Source: an uncultured Bacilli bacterium
GTDB taxonomy: Bacteria; Bacillota_I; Bacilli_A; RF39; UBA660
Direction: 5' to 3'
Assembly: GCA_934096035.1 (NCBI GenBank)
Contig: CAKOKX010000001.1
Location: 694,989 to 758,988 of the forward strand
DNA: 64,000 bases
In this document: piece by piece, positions 41,176-51,571 of the stretch
How the letters are laid out: each line of letters begins with the position of its first letter
Numbering within the stretch: the first letter of the stretch is position 1
Position numbers and translations under genes: made by a program
Notes under the pieces: generated by a model
The model's input: only the letters and a program-made list of their open reading frames with translations
Told to the model about the DNA's origin: nothing
Database searches by the model: none

Positions 41176-42486
41176 TTAAATTTTTTCTCTTTTTAAAACA
41201 ACATTTTTATTACTTTTATTAATTGCTCTTTTAGCATCAAGATAATCTACAGCTTTATTAATTATACTTATTTCACTAGAATTTTGCAAATCTTCATCTA
41301 AAGGCATTCCAATCATACTAGCAAATTCTAATAAATATTTTTTATCAATTTTTCCTGAAGTTAACAAATCATATAAACTAATATAATTTCTAATAAATGT
41401 TGATCTATGAAATTCAAATGTTTCTTCTCCAAATGGTGTAAAACCTGTACAATAAAGTTTACTATTAGCATAACCTGTTTTAAGTAAGATATTTTCACCA
41501 TCATATTTTTCTTTTATTTTAACAAAAACATTTTTCGTTTTAGATTGAACTATGTCATATATTTCTTCAATATTTTCAAACTTAATACTTGTAAGAGTTC
41601 TTAAAATATCTCTACTTTCTTGACCTTTTAATACTCTTTTTAATATTTCCTTTATCATTTCAAGCATTTTATTGGCAACATCTATTTTACTTAAATCATT
41701 TTTACCTAATGAATTTATTCTAGTATTATAATTTTCTTTAATTAAAGCTAAACTAGAAAAAACGTCACTTTTTCTTGATTGGAATTTTTCTAAAGATAAA
41801 TTCATACCAAAAACTAATGAATCTAAATATGCATAACGTCCTTCCCAAAGAGCTAGATTAATATTGTTTAGAAAAATTATTAATGAATCTGGTGCACAAT
41901 CTCCGATTATATTTTCTAATTTTAAAACTGTTTCACAATATACTTGATGTTTATTTATCATAGTAGATAATTCTTTTAACATTCTTCTTATTTCATCTAT
42001 ATTTTTATTAAAATCTATAGAACTATCAATTTCAATTAATTTACGTTTTATTTCATCAATAAAATTAATTATTACTAAATTTTTTTCTTTTCCTTCAGTT
42101 AATTCTTGTATTCTTTTTTCTGTTTTAAATACTAAACGTCTATTTCTAACATAAACTTTTATTATTTCATGCACTTGATCAACAAATGTATCAAAATTAC
42201 AATCAAAATTTAAATCAATATGTGCCGTTATTTTATGGCTTGCAAATATTTCATTAGCATATTCTTTGAACTTTATTTTTAAATTATTTATTAAAATGCT
42301 ATATTCTTCCTCTAATTTTTTTTGATCTTCATAAAAATCAAAACTATCAATTAATCTATTAATAGATGTAGCATATTTTTCTTCTAGGGAATCACTTAAA
42401 TATTTTCTACTACCCCTTATTTTAATTAGTTTGTTTACTAAACATTCGTAATATTTATATAACGTAAATCTTTCATTATCACTCAT
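41176..42486 (-). CDS. hypothetical protein (436 aa)
   Basis: A 14-nt gap separates it from the neighbouring gene in the same operon. I see no motifs. Confidence 0.5.
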   Translation of the reverse strand: MSDNERFTLYKYYECLVNKLIKIRGSRKYLSDSLEEKYATSINRLIDSFDFYEDQKKLEEEYSILINNLKIKFKEYANEIFASHKITAHIDLNFDCNFDTFVDQVHEIIKVYVRNRRLVFKTEKRIQELTEGKEKNLVIINFIDEIKRKLIEIDSSIDFNKNIDEIRRMLKELSTMINKHQVYCETVLKLENIIGDCAPDSLIIFLNNINLALWEGRYAYLDSLVFGMNLSLEKFQSRKSDVFSSLALIKENYNTRINSLGKNDLSKIDVANKMLEMIKEILKRVLKGQESRDILRTLTSIKFENIEEIYDIVQSKTKNVFVKIKEKYDGENILLKTGYANSKLYCTGFTPFGEETFEFHRSTFIRNYISLYDLLTSGKIDKKYLLEFASMIGMPLDEDLQNSSEISIINKAVDYLDAKRAINKSNKNVVLKREKI

Positions 42487-42498
42487 AACTTTTCTCCT

Positions 42499-43938
42499 TT
42501 ACTTAACTTTCTTTCTTGTAACTGATGTTTCAATCACTAAATTTCCGTCTAAAACCATTTTATTTCTAGCATCATCATTTTTCATTAGTTCTTTTAATTC
42601 TTCAATATACTTTTTATTTAAATGATATCTATTTATATCTAAGTTAAAACCTTCATTTATGGAATGCACTCCAATAATTAGATATGTATCATATGCTATT
42701 TTACAAAAACTAATTGATAAATTAGAACCATTTATAAATAGTAATTCACCAGCTTTTAAGTTTCCATCTAAAACTGTACGATGATTATTACCACTTTTAA
42801 CTTTTTCAAGTAATAAATCTATTTTACTTTTTAAACTATTATCAATATTATCTAAATCTTCTTTAAAATAGCAATTACCTTTAATATCACTTAAGAAAAC
42901 AACTTCTGGCTTTCTAATCCTTTTATCTATATGAAACATATTTAATAATATTTTTAATTTATTAATGGCGTCATTTATTATTTCATCAAAATACTCTCTA
43001 TCTTCATCATTATATAATTCTTCAAGGCTTTGAATATCTAATAAAGCTTCCATATAATAATCATAATCACTTCTGCCAACAAGAGAACTTATAAGGGTAC
43101 ATGCCATAAGATAAATTTCTTTATCTTCATCAGTTAAAAAACTTAATTTTTCTGTTTCTACTATAACTGGTTCAAGAGTTTCTTTCATTACTTCTGGCTT
43201 TTTTTCTTTTTTTATTTCAAGTTTTACTTCTGCTTTTACAATATTATTTAAATATTCTTCATAACTACTTCTTAATTCAATCATTAATTTGTTAGATAAA
43301 GAAGTATACTTTATTAATTTTAATTCATCATTATTTATAGCAAGTTCTTTTAGTCTTGTAGCTTTACTTAATTGATTAAATAAAATCATTAGTAATTCAC
43401 TATCTCCCCCATTTTGAAAATTACCATAAATATCAAAATAATTACTTAGTGATTTTAAACTTTCAAAATCGCATTTCCATAAATCTTCGGGAGTTTTATT
43501 TTCACCATTTTTCTTACTTTTAAAGGAAATGGCACTACCAAAAATTTTAATAGCTTCTTTGTTTGTTAGGTAATTTTTACAAATTATTGATATTAGTGTT
43601 ACATAAAATAGTGGAAAGTCTTCAATTGCACCGATAGCTTTTTCATTATCAAAAGCTCTAATTTGACTATCACACGTATAAATATGTGTACTTAATATTT
43701 CAATATGTTCTTTTAATACTACTTTAGCACTTTTAATATCATATTTTGTTAAATCACCAAGAGCTTCTTTTAACATATTTGTTAATTCATTTGATTTAGT
43801 GTCTTTTAGCATTTCAACATACTTTTGAAAATCTAATGGCCAAAGTTCTAACATATTTACAATATTTTTATAACCTTGCAAATCACTAATCATATTACTT
43901 TTAACATTTTTCATATATTTTTTAAATTTAACAAACAT
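42499..43938 (-). CDS. hypothetical protein (479 aa)
   Basis: A strong AAGGGGGA ribosome-binding site and a TTGTAA-17-TGgTAAGAT promoter at 43968..43996 on the minus strand. The C-terminal 60 aa are weakly RelE/YoeB-like. Confidence 0.5.
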   Translation of the reverse strand: MFVKFKKYMKNVKSNMISDLQGYKNIVNMLELWPLDFQKYVEMLKDTKSNELTNMLKEALGDLTKYDIKSAKVVLKEHIEILSTHIYTCDSQIRAFDNEKAIGAIEDFPLFYVTLISIICKNYLTNKEAIKIFGSAISFKSKKNGENKTPEDLWKCDFESLKSLSNYFDIYGNFQNGGDSELLMILFNQLSKATRLKELAINNDELKLIKYTSLSNKLMIELRSSYEEYLNNIVKAEVKLEIKKEKKPEVMKETLEPVIVETEKLSFLTDEDKEIYLMACTLISSLVGRSDYDYYMEALLDIQSLEELYNDEDREYFDEIINDAINKLKILLNMFHIDKRIRKPEVVFLSDIKGNCYFKEDLDNIDNSLKSKIDLLLEKVKSGNNHRTVLDGNLKAGELLFINGSNLSISFCKIAYDTYLIIGVHSINEGFNLDINRYHLNKKYIEELKELMKNDDARNKMVLDGNLVIETSVTRKKVK

Positions 43939-44003
43939 ATATATCCCCCTTAAACAAGTGTTTTTCTATCTTACCACAAAATGCCCAATTTTACAAGAAA
44001 ATA

Positions 44004-44032
44004 TTGACTTCTATTATTAATTATCATATAAT
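44004..44032 (+). promoter_or_regulatory. consensus sigma-A promoter for the large plus-strand gene
   Basis: TTGACT, exactly 17 nt of spacer, then TATAAT. Confidence 0.55.
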
Positions 44033-44059
44033 AAAAACCACTTTAGGATGGGGGTACTT

Positions 44060-46972
44060 ATGGGAATATTTTCTATTTTTTTCAAAAAATCTAAATTAAA
44101 CCAAGAGGTTTTATGTCTTGTAAGTTTACAAGATAGTATTGTTATGCCTCCGAATAGTTTTTTTGAAAGCAATAAAAATAAAGAACTTTGTGAACAATAT
44201 TATCAAGAATATAAAAGTATTTTATCTTCTAAAAAAACAATATTAAGTATTCACTTAAAAGATACAGAAACAGATGATATCAGGGTTTATATTGATATAT
44301 TAACAAGTTTAGAATTACATATTCATGATATTTTAAGTAATACAAATAGCAAAGGATATAACTATGAATATGTAACCAATTTACTTGCAAGACTTAATGG
44401 TTATGCTCACATTTTAAAGGCCATCGAAGAAGAATCTTTCTTAAGAATGGCAGCATTATCAAATTTAAAATCTATTCCATTTTTATCTAATAACAAAAAG
44501 AATGCTATAGATAATGAAATATCTAGATTACAAATTCAAATATTTAATGATCAGAAAGATATTGAATTAATAAATTTACAAACTAACTCATGTTTATCAA
44601 TAATAGAAAATTTAAATTTAGAAAAAGATCCTAAATATTATAATGAATTACGTGTAAGACTCATTGGTTATATTTCTGAATTTATACCTGATTCATTAAA
44701 AGAATATGTACAAAATTATCAAAACAAAAATTATCTTACGTTAATGCAAATAAAATTAGAAGTATTACTTTTTAAAAATAAAAATATATTAAAAGATTTA
44801 GAAAATGAATTTGATAATCTTTTAGAATTTACACATTTAGATAGAACTACAAGAATACATTCTATAAATAGATTAATTATAAAATATATGGCAATCAAAG
44901 AATATAAAAGAATTGAAGATAAAGAACTTCTTTATAAACTCGTAGAATTTAAAGTAAATTCTTACGAAATAGATTATGGTAACCATAGAGAAATTTTACA
45001 TGATTGTGCAAGGTCTAAAGAAGAAAAAGAAATAATGAAAGAGGTATTCTTTAAAAAAGTAAGTACATTTATGCAAAGTAATTGTGTTTTTGAAGAATAT
45101 AAAAGATTTGATTTTTCAAAAAGAGATTATAGAATATTAGCTAATTTAATAAATAATGCTGTAAAAAATAAACATGGTGTTTTTGATTATGGTAGAATAT
45201 TATGTTCTCCAGAACTAACAATGTTATTATTTTCTATTAATAATCCTTATAAAATGAAAGATTTCTTTAAAAACTTTCAAGTAAGTGATTGTACATATCT
45301 TGCTGTTACATCTTTAAGAAGAAATATGTTTGATTTTGAAGAATATATTCCACTTGAAACCGTAATGCGATTAACCGTAGTGTTTTTAAAAAATCCTCAT
45401 CATAAAGAAAAGATTTTAGAAGATAAAGAACTTTATGATTTATATAAGATTTATGATTGCTTATTATATTCTGTAATAAAGCCCAAATCCCCATCTCACG
45501 TTTTTGAAAATGTTTCAAAAATTACAATTACCGATCAAAAAATTTTATTTTATCCAGAATTAATAAAAATTTATAACAAAGAAATGGCGCAAGGAAGAAA
45601 GTTAGTATTTCCTAAATCATTAAAAAAACTAACTATTAGAGTAGATAACTATGATAGAGAATTTTTAAAATTTTACGAATTTGAACTAAATGAAGGGCTT
45701 GAATATTTATCTATTTTAGAAACACCTACCTATGCAACACCACCAAAAGTATTAGAGTTACCTTCTACTCTTGAACACTGTGAGATAACTATAAGGCCAG
45801 AAACTATAAGATTTAGAGATTATACAAATTCACAATTATTAGTAAGCGAAATAAGATTTAAAAATTTTTTGAAAAATTTAATGCATGCCCAAAGATTATT
45901 AACACCCAATGAATTACCACTAATTAAAACTATTGAATTCAAAGGAAAATCATCTATTACAACTTTTAGTCTTAATATTAGAAAACTTGTATTTGGTCGT
46001 AAATTTGACTGTGAAACAATATATAATGATTTTCAAAATAAAGTAAAAGAAATGTATGAAAAACTATATGAAATAGTTCAGGCATTTGAGTTAGAAATTC
46101 CTAAAGAAGAAGCAAATTTTGATAATTTAAAAAAACTAGAAGATGAATTATATAATTATGTACAATCAGAATACAAAGAAATAACAAGTTTTGATATAAT
46201 GATGGAAACAGATATACTTGCAGCAAAATATGATAAATATACAAGAGATGCAGAAGCAGACAAAGATAAACTATTAAAAGAAATGAATAATAAAATTTTA
46301 AAATTAAGATATATTATTGAAACTTTATCAATTTACACAAATACTGAAGATGCAATTGAAGATTTTAAATCACTTTTAACAATAAAGTTTAAATTATTAA
46401 TTAGTATTCTTCCTGAGTCAAGTAAACCACTTATTGATGAAAATACTCCAAAAGATGAAACGGAATTATTTAAAGATTTATTAATTGATTATTTGAAGAA
46501 TTTTGTAATTTATATTTATAAAGATAAAGAATTATCAAAAAAAATAGAAGAAATAATTGAAAAACATCGTGGAGACTATAGTTATTTTGAATACTTATTA
46601 AGAAATCCATTTTTATTAAAGTTAAAATTGTCAATTGAAGACCCTAATTATCATGATACTATATTGGATGTGTTTAAAAAACATAAAGTAAAAACACCTA
46701 AAGAAATAATTGATAAGGTGAAAAACAAAAATCAAGAAAATTGTATTTCTTATCTTCAATTGATGGAAATTATTATAAAAAATGAAAATAGCTCTACTCC
46801 ATCAAAAAGTAATTTTACTTTTAATGCCTATCTTGATGATTTATCTCTTATATATAAATCTGCTAAATCTAAGCTATATAATCATAATTTTGTAATTAAC
46901 TATGAGTCTGAGGAATGCAAAAACCTTGAACTTGATGCTAGTGAAAACCCAAAACTAATTAGGAAAAAATAA
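44060..46972 (+). CDS. large hypothetical protein of about 970 aa (the ORF track starts at 44048; I prefer 44060)
   Basis: An AGGATGGGGG ribosome-binding site 6-8 nt before the second ATG. No P-loop, polymerase or nuclease motifs. The central segment around LKKLTIRV...LEHCEITI is weakly reminiscent of leucine-rich repeats. Confidence 0.5.
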   Translation: MGIFSIFFKKSKLNQEVLCLVSLQDSIVMPPNSFFESNKNKELCEQYYQEYKSILSSKKTILSIHLKDTETDDIRVYIDILTSLELHIHDILSNTNSKGYNYEYVTNLLARLNGYAHILKAIEEESFLRMAALSNLKSIPFLSNNKKNAIDNEISRLQIQIFNDQKDIELINLQTNSCLSIIENLNLEKDPKYYNELRVRLIGYISEFIPDSLKEYVQNYQNKNYLTLMQIKLEVLLFKNKNILKDLENEFDNLLEFTHLDRTTRIHSINRLIIKYMAIKEYKRIEDKELLYKLVEFKVNSYEIDYGNHREILHDCARSKEEKEIMKEVFFKKVSTFMQSNCVFEEYKRFDFSKRDYRILANLINNAVKNKHGVFDYGRILCSPELTMLLFSINNPYKMKDFFKNFQVSDCTYLAVTSLRRNMFDFEEYIPLETVMRLTVVFLKNPHHKEKILEDKELYDLYKIYDCLLYSVIKPKSPSHVFENVSKITITDQKILFYPELIKIYNKEMAQGRKLVFPKSLKKLTIRVDNYDREFLKFYEFELNEGLEYLSILETPTYATPPKVLELPSTLEHCEITIRPETIRFRDYTNSQLLVSEIRFKNFLKNLMHAQRLLTPNELPLIKTIEFKGKSSITTFSLNIRKLVFGRKFDCETIYNDFQNKVKEMYEKLYEIVQAFELEIPKEEANFDNLKKLEDELYNYVQSEYKEITSFDIMMETDILAAKYDKYTRDAEADKDKLLKEMNNKILKLRYIIETLSIYTNTEDAIEDFKSLLTIKFKLLISILPESSKPLIDENTPKDETELFKDLLIDYLKNFVIYIYKDKELSKKIEEIIEKHRGDYSYFEYLLRNPFLLKLKLSIEDPNYHDTILDVFKKHKVKTPKEIIDKVKNKNQENCISYLQLMEIIIKNENSSTPSKSNFTFNAYLDDLSLIYKSAKSKLYNHNFVINYESEECKNLELDASENPKLIRKK

Positions 46973-47098
46973 AATTGAAAATAACCATGTTTTGTGGTAC
47001 GAAGTATATAGCAAAGAAAATTTGCATAAATAAAAAAAGAAACATCCAGTTTTTTCGCGAGATTGGATGCTACCAAATATTGGTTTTGCATCTAAACC

Positions 47099-47125
47099 AA
47101 CCTCGTTGATTTAGAGGTTTTTTAA
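47099..47125 (+). terminator. rho-independent terminator of the large gene
   Basis: AACCTC-GTTGATTTA-GAGGTT followed by TTTTT. Confidence 0.45.
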
Positions 47126-47138
47126 TTTTACAATTATA

Positions 47139-47175
47139 AAAACTACAATGTGTCACAGCACCTTGTAGTTTTTAG
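47139..47175. terminator. bidirectional terminator
   Basis: AACTACAA-loop-TTGTAGTT with A and T runs on either side. It overlaps the stop of the GtrA gene. Confidence 0.5.
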
Positions 47176-47579
47176 TTTTTCCTAAATATAACTAATTTTT
47201 GTAGGAAATAATTTATAATGAATATAATAGAATCTATAATAACTTTTATGAATGTAGCATTTAAATGTATATAATTATAAACCTTAGTTACAAGTAAACC
47301 AGAGATTGTAATATTAATTATAACAAGTAAGAAATATTCTATAAAAGCTTTATAATTTCTTTTCTTTTCATTTTTAAATACATATTTTTTGTTAACAATA
47401 TAATTAACTACACTAGATATTGCTCTAGCAACATAAGAAGATAACAATATTGCATCAACAAATCTATCTTTTATAAAATAAAGTATTATGGAAAATGATA
47501 TTATATCAACTATAAAAGATAATCCGCTAGATAGTAAATAAGTAAATACAGTTTTATACTTATTTAAAAAATTTTTCAT
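47172..47579 (-). CDS. GtrA-family membrane protein
   Basis: 135 aa, four transmembrane helices, with the conserved GtrA pattern. Confidence 0.6.
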   Translation of the reverse strand: MKNFLNKYKTVFTYLLSSGLSFIVDIISFSIILYFIKDRFVDAILLSSYVARAISSVVNYIVNKKYVFKNEKKRNYKAFIEYFLLVIINITISGLLVTKVYNYIHLNATFIKVIIDSIIFIINYFLQKLVIFRKN

Positions 47580-48014
47580 TTAAAACTCCATTATTAAAGT
47601 TATTGGACCATCATTAGAAATGTTAACCATCATTTCTGCTCCGAAAATACCTGGTTTAGTTACAACATACTTATTCATTTCTTCATTAAATATTTCGTAT
47701 AACTTAATTGCTTCTTCACCATTTAAGGCTTTCATATATGAGGGTCTATTTCCTTTGGTGGTATCTCCATATAAAGTAAATTGTGATATTGATAATATTT
47801 CTCCACCAGCATCTAAAATTGACTTATTCATAACGCCATTTTCATCATCAAATATTCTTAAATTAGCAATTTTTTTAGTCATTTTCATAATATTATCTAT
47901 TGTATCTCCTTGAGTAAAAGAAACTAATAAAACCATGCCATTATCTATTTCATTTACTAATTTTCCTTCAACACTAACACTACTTTTTTTACTTCTTTGT
48001 ACTACTACTTTCAC
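47580..48014 (-). CDS. dtd: D-aminoacyl-tRNA deacylase
   Basis: MKVVVQRV-type N-terminus; the C-terminus reads ...SNDGPITLIMEF where DTDs carry the conserved SQFTL/NxGPVT motifs. Confidence 0.85.
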   Translation of the reverse strand: MKVVVQRSKKSSVSVEGKLVNEIDNGMVLLVSFTQGDTIDNIMKMTKKIANLRIFDDENGVMNKSILDAGGEILSISQFTLYGDTTKGNRPSYMKALNGEEAIKLYEIFNEEMNKYVVTKPGIFGAEMMVNISNDGPITLIMEF

Positions 48015-50185
48015 TATATTTCCTCCTTAACATCTATAACATTATGTATTTTTCTAATATTTTTCATAACATTATCTAGTTCCACTTTATCCTTTATTCT
48101 TATATTTATTTCATACATGGTTTTATTATCAAATTCTTTAGTATTACAAGACCTTACAATACAACCAAGTTTACCAACTTCAGTAATAATATTTACAAGT
48201 AAATCAAAACCAGCAGTAACATAAACATAAATATTAGTAAAATAATAATTACTTGCATCCATATTCCATGATACATCCACTACTCTTTCACTATTATCAG
48301 GTACATTAGAGCATCCCTTTTTATGAACACTTATCCCCTGTCCTTTTGTAATAAAGCCAACAATTTCATCTCCTTTAATTGGCATACAACATTTAGCAAT
48401 ATTAACCATTATATCTGAATTGCCTTCAACTAAAATATCACTTTTGTAATTAATCTTAGGAATTGATAATTTTCTTTCAAATAAAGCATCATCAACTTCA
48501 TGTCTATCAGCTTTTGTTAAATTAATAATATAACCTGCTGTAAATCTTAAAGATCCAATACTTAAATATATTTCATCTAAATCTTTTACTTTTAAATCTT
48601 TTATTAACTTTTCTATTGTTTCTGGTGTTAATACTTCATTAAAAGCCATCTTTCTTTTTCTAAGTTCCGCTTCTAAAATATTTTTACCTTTTTCAATATA
48701 TTCTTCTTTATCTTGTTTACTAAAAAATGCTTTAATTTTATTTTTTGCTTGGCTAGTTTTAACAAATGATAACCAATCCTTATTTGGGGTACTATTATTA
48801 TTTGTTTTAATATTTACCACATCATCATTTTTAAGTTCATATGAAAGCGGTACAATTTGATCATTTACAATTGCTCCGACCGTCGTGTCACCAACTCTTG
48901 AATGAATTCTATAAGCAAAGTCAATCGGTGTAGAACCAATTGGAAGTTCCACAACATCACCTTTCGGAGTATATGTATATATTAAATCACTAAATATATC
49001 CGCATTAACAGCACTTTCAAAATCTGCATCAGTATCATTATTACTTGATTCAATAACATTTCTAAACATTTCTAACTTTTGTTCCATAACATTTTGAATC
49101 TTTTTAGTACCTTTTTCCTTATATGACCAATGACTAGCTATACCCTTTTCAGCTATTTCATCCATTTCATAAGTTCTTACTTGAATTTCAAAAACATGTC
49201 CTTCAACACCAAAAACAGTGGTATGTAGACTTTGATACATATTTTCTTTTGGACTCGCAATATAATCTTTAAATCTTTTTGGCATTGGTCTAAACCTTGA
49301 ATGTATCAAACCAATAACTTGATAACAATCAGATTCTTCTTCTACAAATATTCTTAAAGCTAAAATATCATATATTTTATTCCATTCTTTACCATTAGAT
49401 AGTTTATTATATATACTATAAACACTTTTAACTCGTCCTTTTATTTCAAATTTAATACCAGCTTCAGTTAAAAGATCAATAATACTTTCTTTCATTTCTT
49501 CTAAACAACCATTTAATTCATCAACAGTTTCATTTAATTTTTCTAAAATATCATTATATACATCTGGTTTTAAATAATATAAAGATAAATTTTCAAGTTC
49601 ACTTTTAATAGAATTAATACCAAGTCTATGAGCAATTGGTACTAAAACTGACATAGTTTCTTCAGCTTTTTGTTTTTGTTTTTGAGGATTAATTGCCCAA
49701 TTAGTTCTCATATTATGAAGTCTATCTGCAAGTTTAATATATAAAACTCTAACATCTTGAGCTAGTCCAACAAGTATTTTTCTTAAATATATTACACTAG
49801 ATTCATTATTATCAGGTAATTCCAACTTATTAATTTTAGACACACTTAAAACAATCTTAGCTATATCTTCTCCAAAATCGTTAACCAGATCATCATAAGT
49901 TTTATTACCATTATTAATAACTTCATGCAACAAAGCTGCAATAATCGTAGTATCATCAACATTTAAATCCATAAGAATTTTAGTAACTTCTAAAGGATGG
50001 GTAATAAAGTCATCCCCAGTAAGTCTTTTCATACCCTTATGTTCATTACAAGCATATAAATATGCTTTTTTTATTGTTTCAAATTGTTCTCTTTTTTCAA
50101 GTCTTGGAACTAATTCTTCAAAATTAATTGTATCTGGCAAAATAACCACCTTCCAACATATATTTATTATATAACAAAATTGCAT
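48014..50185 (-). CDS. relA: bifunctional (p)ppGpp synthetase/hydrolase RelA/SpoT
   Basis: An HD hydrolase domain, a synthetase domain (RVKSVYSIYNK..., DILALRI), then TGS and ACT domains; 723 aa. Confidence 0.9.
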   Translation of the reverse strand: MQFCYIINICWKVVILPDTINFEELVPRLEKREQFETIKKAYLYACNEHKGMKRLTGDDFITHPLEVTKILMDLNVDDTTIIAALLHEVINNGNKTYDDLVNDFGEDIAKIVLSVSKINKLELPDNNESSVIYLRKILVGLAQDVRVLYIKLADRLHNMRTNWAINPQKQKQKAEETMSVLVPIAHRLGINSIKSELENLSLYYLKPDVYNDILEKLNETVDELNGCLEEMKESIIDLLTEAGIKFEIKGRVKSVYSIYNKLSNGKEWNKIYDILALRIFVEEESDCYQVIGLIHSRFRPMPKRFKDYIASPKENMYQSLHTTVFGVEGHVFEIQVRTYEMDEIAEKGIASHWSYKEKGTKKIQNVMEQKLEMFRNVIESSNNDTDADFESAVNADIFSDLIYTYTPKGDVVELPIGSTPIDFAYRIHSRVGDTTVGAIVNDQIVPLSYELKNDDVVNIKTNNNSTPNKDWLSFVKTSQAKNKIKAFFSKQDKEEYIEKGKNILEAELRKRKMAFNEVLTPETIEKLIKDLKVKDLDEIYLSIGSLRFTAGYIINLTKADRHEVDDALFERKLSIPKINYKSDILVEGNSDIMVNIAKCCMPIKGDEIVGFITKGQGISVHKKGCSNVPDNSERVVDVSWNMDASNYYFTNIYVYVTAGFDLLVNIITEVGKLGCIVRSCNTKEFDNKTMYEINIRIKDKVELDNVMKNIRKIHNVIDVKEEI

Positions 50186-50210
50186 TTAAATAAAGGAGAA
50201 ATCACATTAC

Positions 50211-51497
50211 ATGAAAAAAAACTTATTTATAAAATCAACCTTAATACTTATTTTAAGTGGTTTTCTTACTAAAATATTAGGTTTTATTATCAAAGTAATT
50301 TATACCAGAATAATCGGAGAATATGGTATCAGTTTATTTACTATAGCAACTCCAACATACTCTTTATTACTTACAATATCCACACTAGCTATTCCAATTT
50401 CTATCTCTAAATTAGTATCAGAAAATAAAGGTCGTTCTATAAGAATCATTACATCTGCAGCATTTTTAATTTTATCAATTAATTTCTTACTTATTTTACT
50501 TATCTTATTAACCAGAGATTTTATAGCTATTAACTTGCTTAAAGAACCTCTTGCTTCTCCAATATTACTTGCTTTTGCCCTAACTTTACCATTTGTATCT
50601 ATTTCATCTGTTTTAAAAGGCTATTTCGCAGGTAAACAAAATATGGTTCCTCATGCTACAAGTAATATTATAGAACAAATTATAAGGTTAATAATTATTA
50701 TTACAGTATTACCTATATTAATGAAAAAATCTGTTATGCACGCCGTATTAGGTTTAATACTTTTAACCATTTTATCAGAAATTTCTTCAATAATAGTATT
50801 TTTATTTTTCTTACCAAAACATATTAATTATAAAACAAAATTACTTCCTAGTAAAAAACATACTAAAGATATATTAGATATATCGCTTCCTACGGTATCA
50901 AGTAGAATAATTGGAAATATTGGTTATTTCTTAGAACCAATTATTCTTACAAATTTACTTCTTTTTTCAGGTTATACAAATTCCTACATACTTCGTGAAT
51001 ATGGAGCTTACAATGCCTATTCACTAGCTCTTTTAACTATGCCAGGCTTTTTTATTGCTGCAATATCAACATCACTTTTGCCAGAAATAAGTAAGTTCCA
51101 TGGTGAAAAAAACAACATAATGGTAAAGAGAAGAATCCACCAAGCCCTTTTATTTGCTTTAATCATCGGTACATTCTTCTCATTTATTATATTTACATTT
51201 CGGGATAAACTTTTATTTTCATTATATAACACCACGAACGGTTCTAATTACATCAAAATACTTGCTCCATTCTTTGTTTTATTTTACTTAGAAGGTGTTC
51301 TTACATCTGCCCTTCAAGCTTTAGGTTATGCTAAAATTACTATGAATATAACTTTATGGGGTGTTATATTAAAATTAGTCGTTATGTCCATTCTATCCTT
51401 ATGTCACATTGGTATATATAGTTTAGTTATTGCTGAAATAGTAAACATTTTATTTGTGGTTTTATTAAACTTTAAGTATTTAAAAAAGTACATTTAA
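50211..51497 (+). CDS. MOP-superfamily flippase (MurJ/SpoVB-like)
   Basis: 428 aa with about 12 transmembrane helices. The N-terminus LSGFLTKILGFIIKVIYTRIIG is typical of MurJ/SpoVB. Confidence 0.65.
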   Translation: MKKNLFIKSTLILILSGFLTKILGFIIKVIYTRIIGEYGISLFTIATPTYSLLLTISTLAIPISISKLVSENKGRSIRIITSAAFLILSINFLLILLILLTRDFIAINLLKEPLASPILLAFALTLPFVSISSVLKGYFAGKQNMVPHATSNIIEQIIRLIIIITVLPILMKKSVMHAVLGLILLTILSEISSIIVFLFFLPKHINYKTKLLPSKKHTKDILDISLPTVSSRIIGNIGYFLEPIILTNLLLFSGYTNSYILREYGAYNAYSLALLTMPGFFIAAISTSLLPEISKFHGEKNNIMVKRRIHQALLFALIIGTFFSFIIFTFRDKLLFSLYNTTNGSNYIKILAPFFVLFYLEGVLTSALQALGYAKITMNITLWGVILKLVVMSILSLCHIGIYSLVIAEIVNILFVVLLNFKYLKKYI

Positions 51498-51571
51498 TAA
51501 TTTTTAATAGAAAAAGTAGACAGTTCATTCTTTAACTATCTACTTTTGTCATTTCAAAAATTAATTGGCTC

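Noticed and set aside
44048-44059. First ATG of the large plus-strand gene
   Set aside because: The Shine-Dalgarno sequence AGGATGGGGG is spaced for the second ATG at 44060. The first ATG lies within the ribosome-binding site itself.
47620-48224. Plus-strand ORFs of 97 and 75 aa overlapping dtd and relA
   Set aside because: They are antisense shadows of conserved genes.
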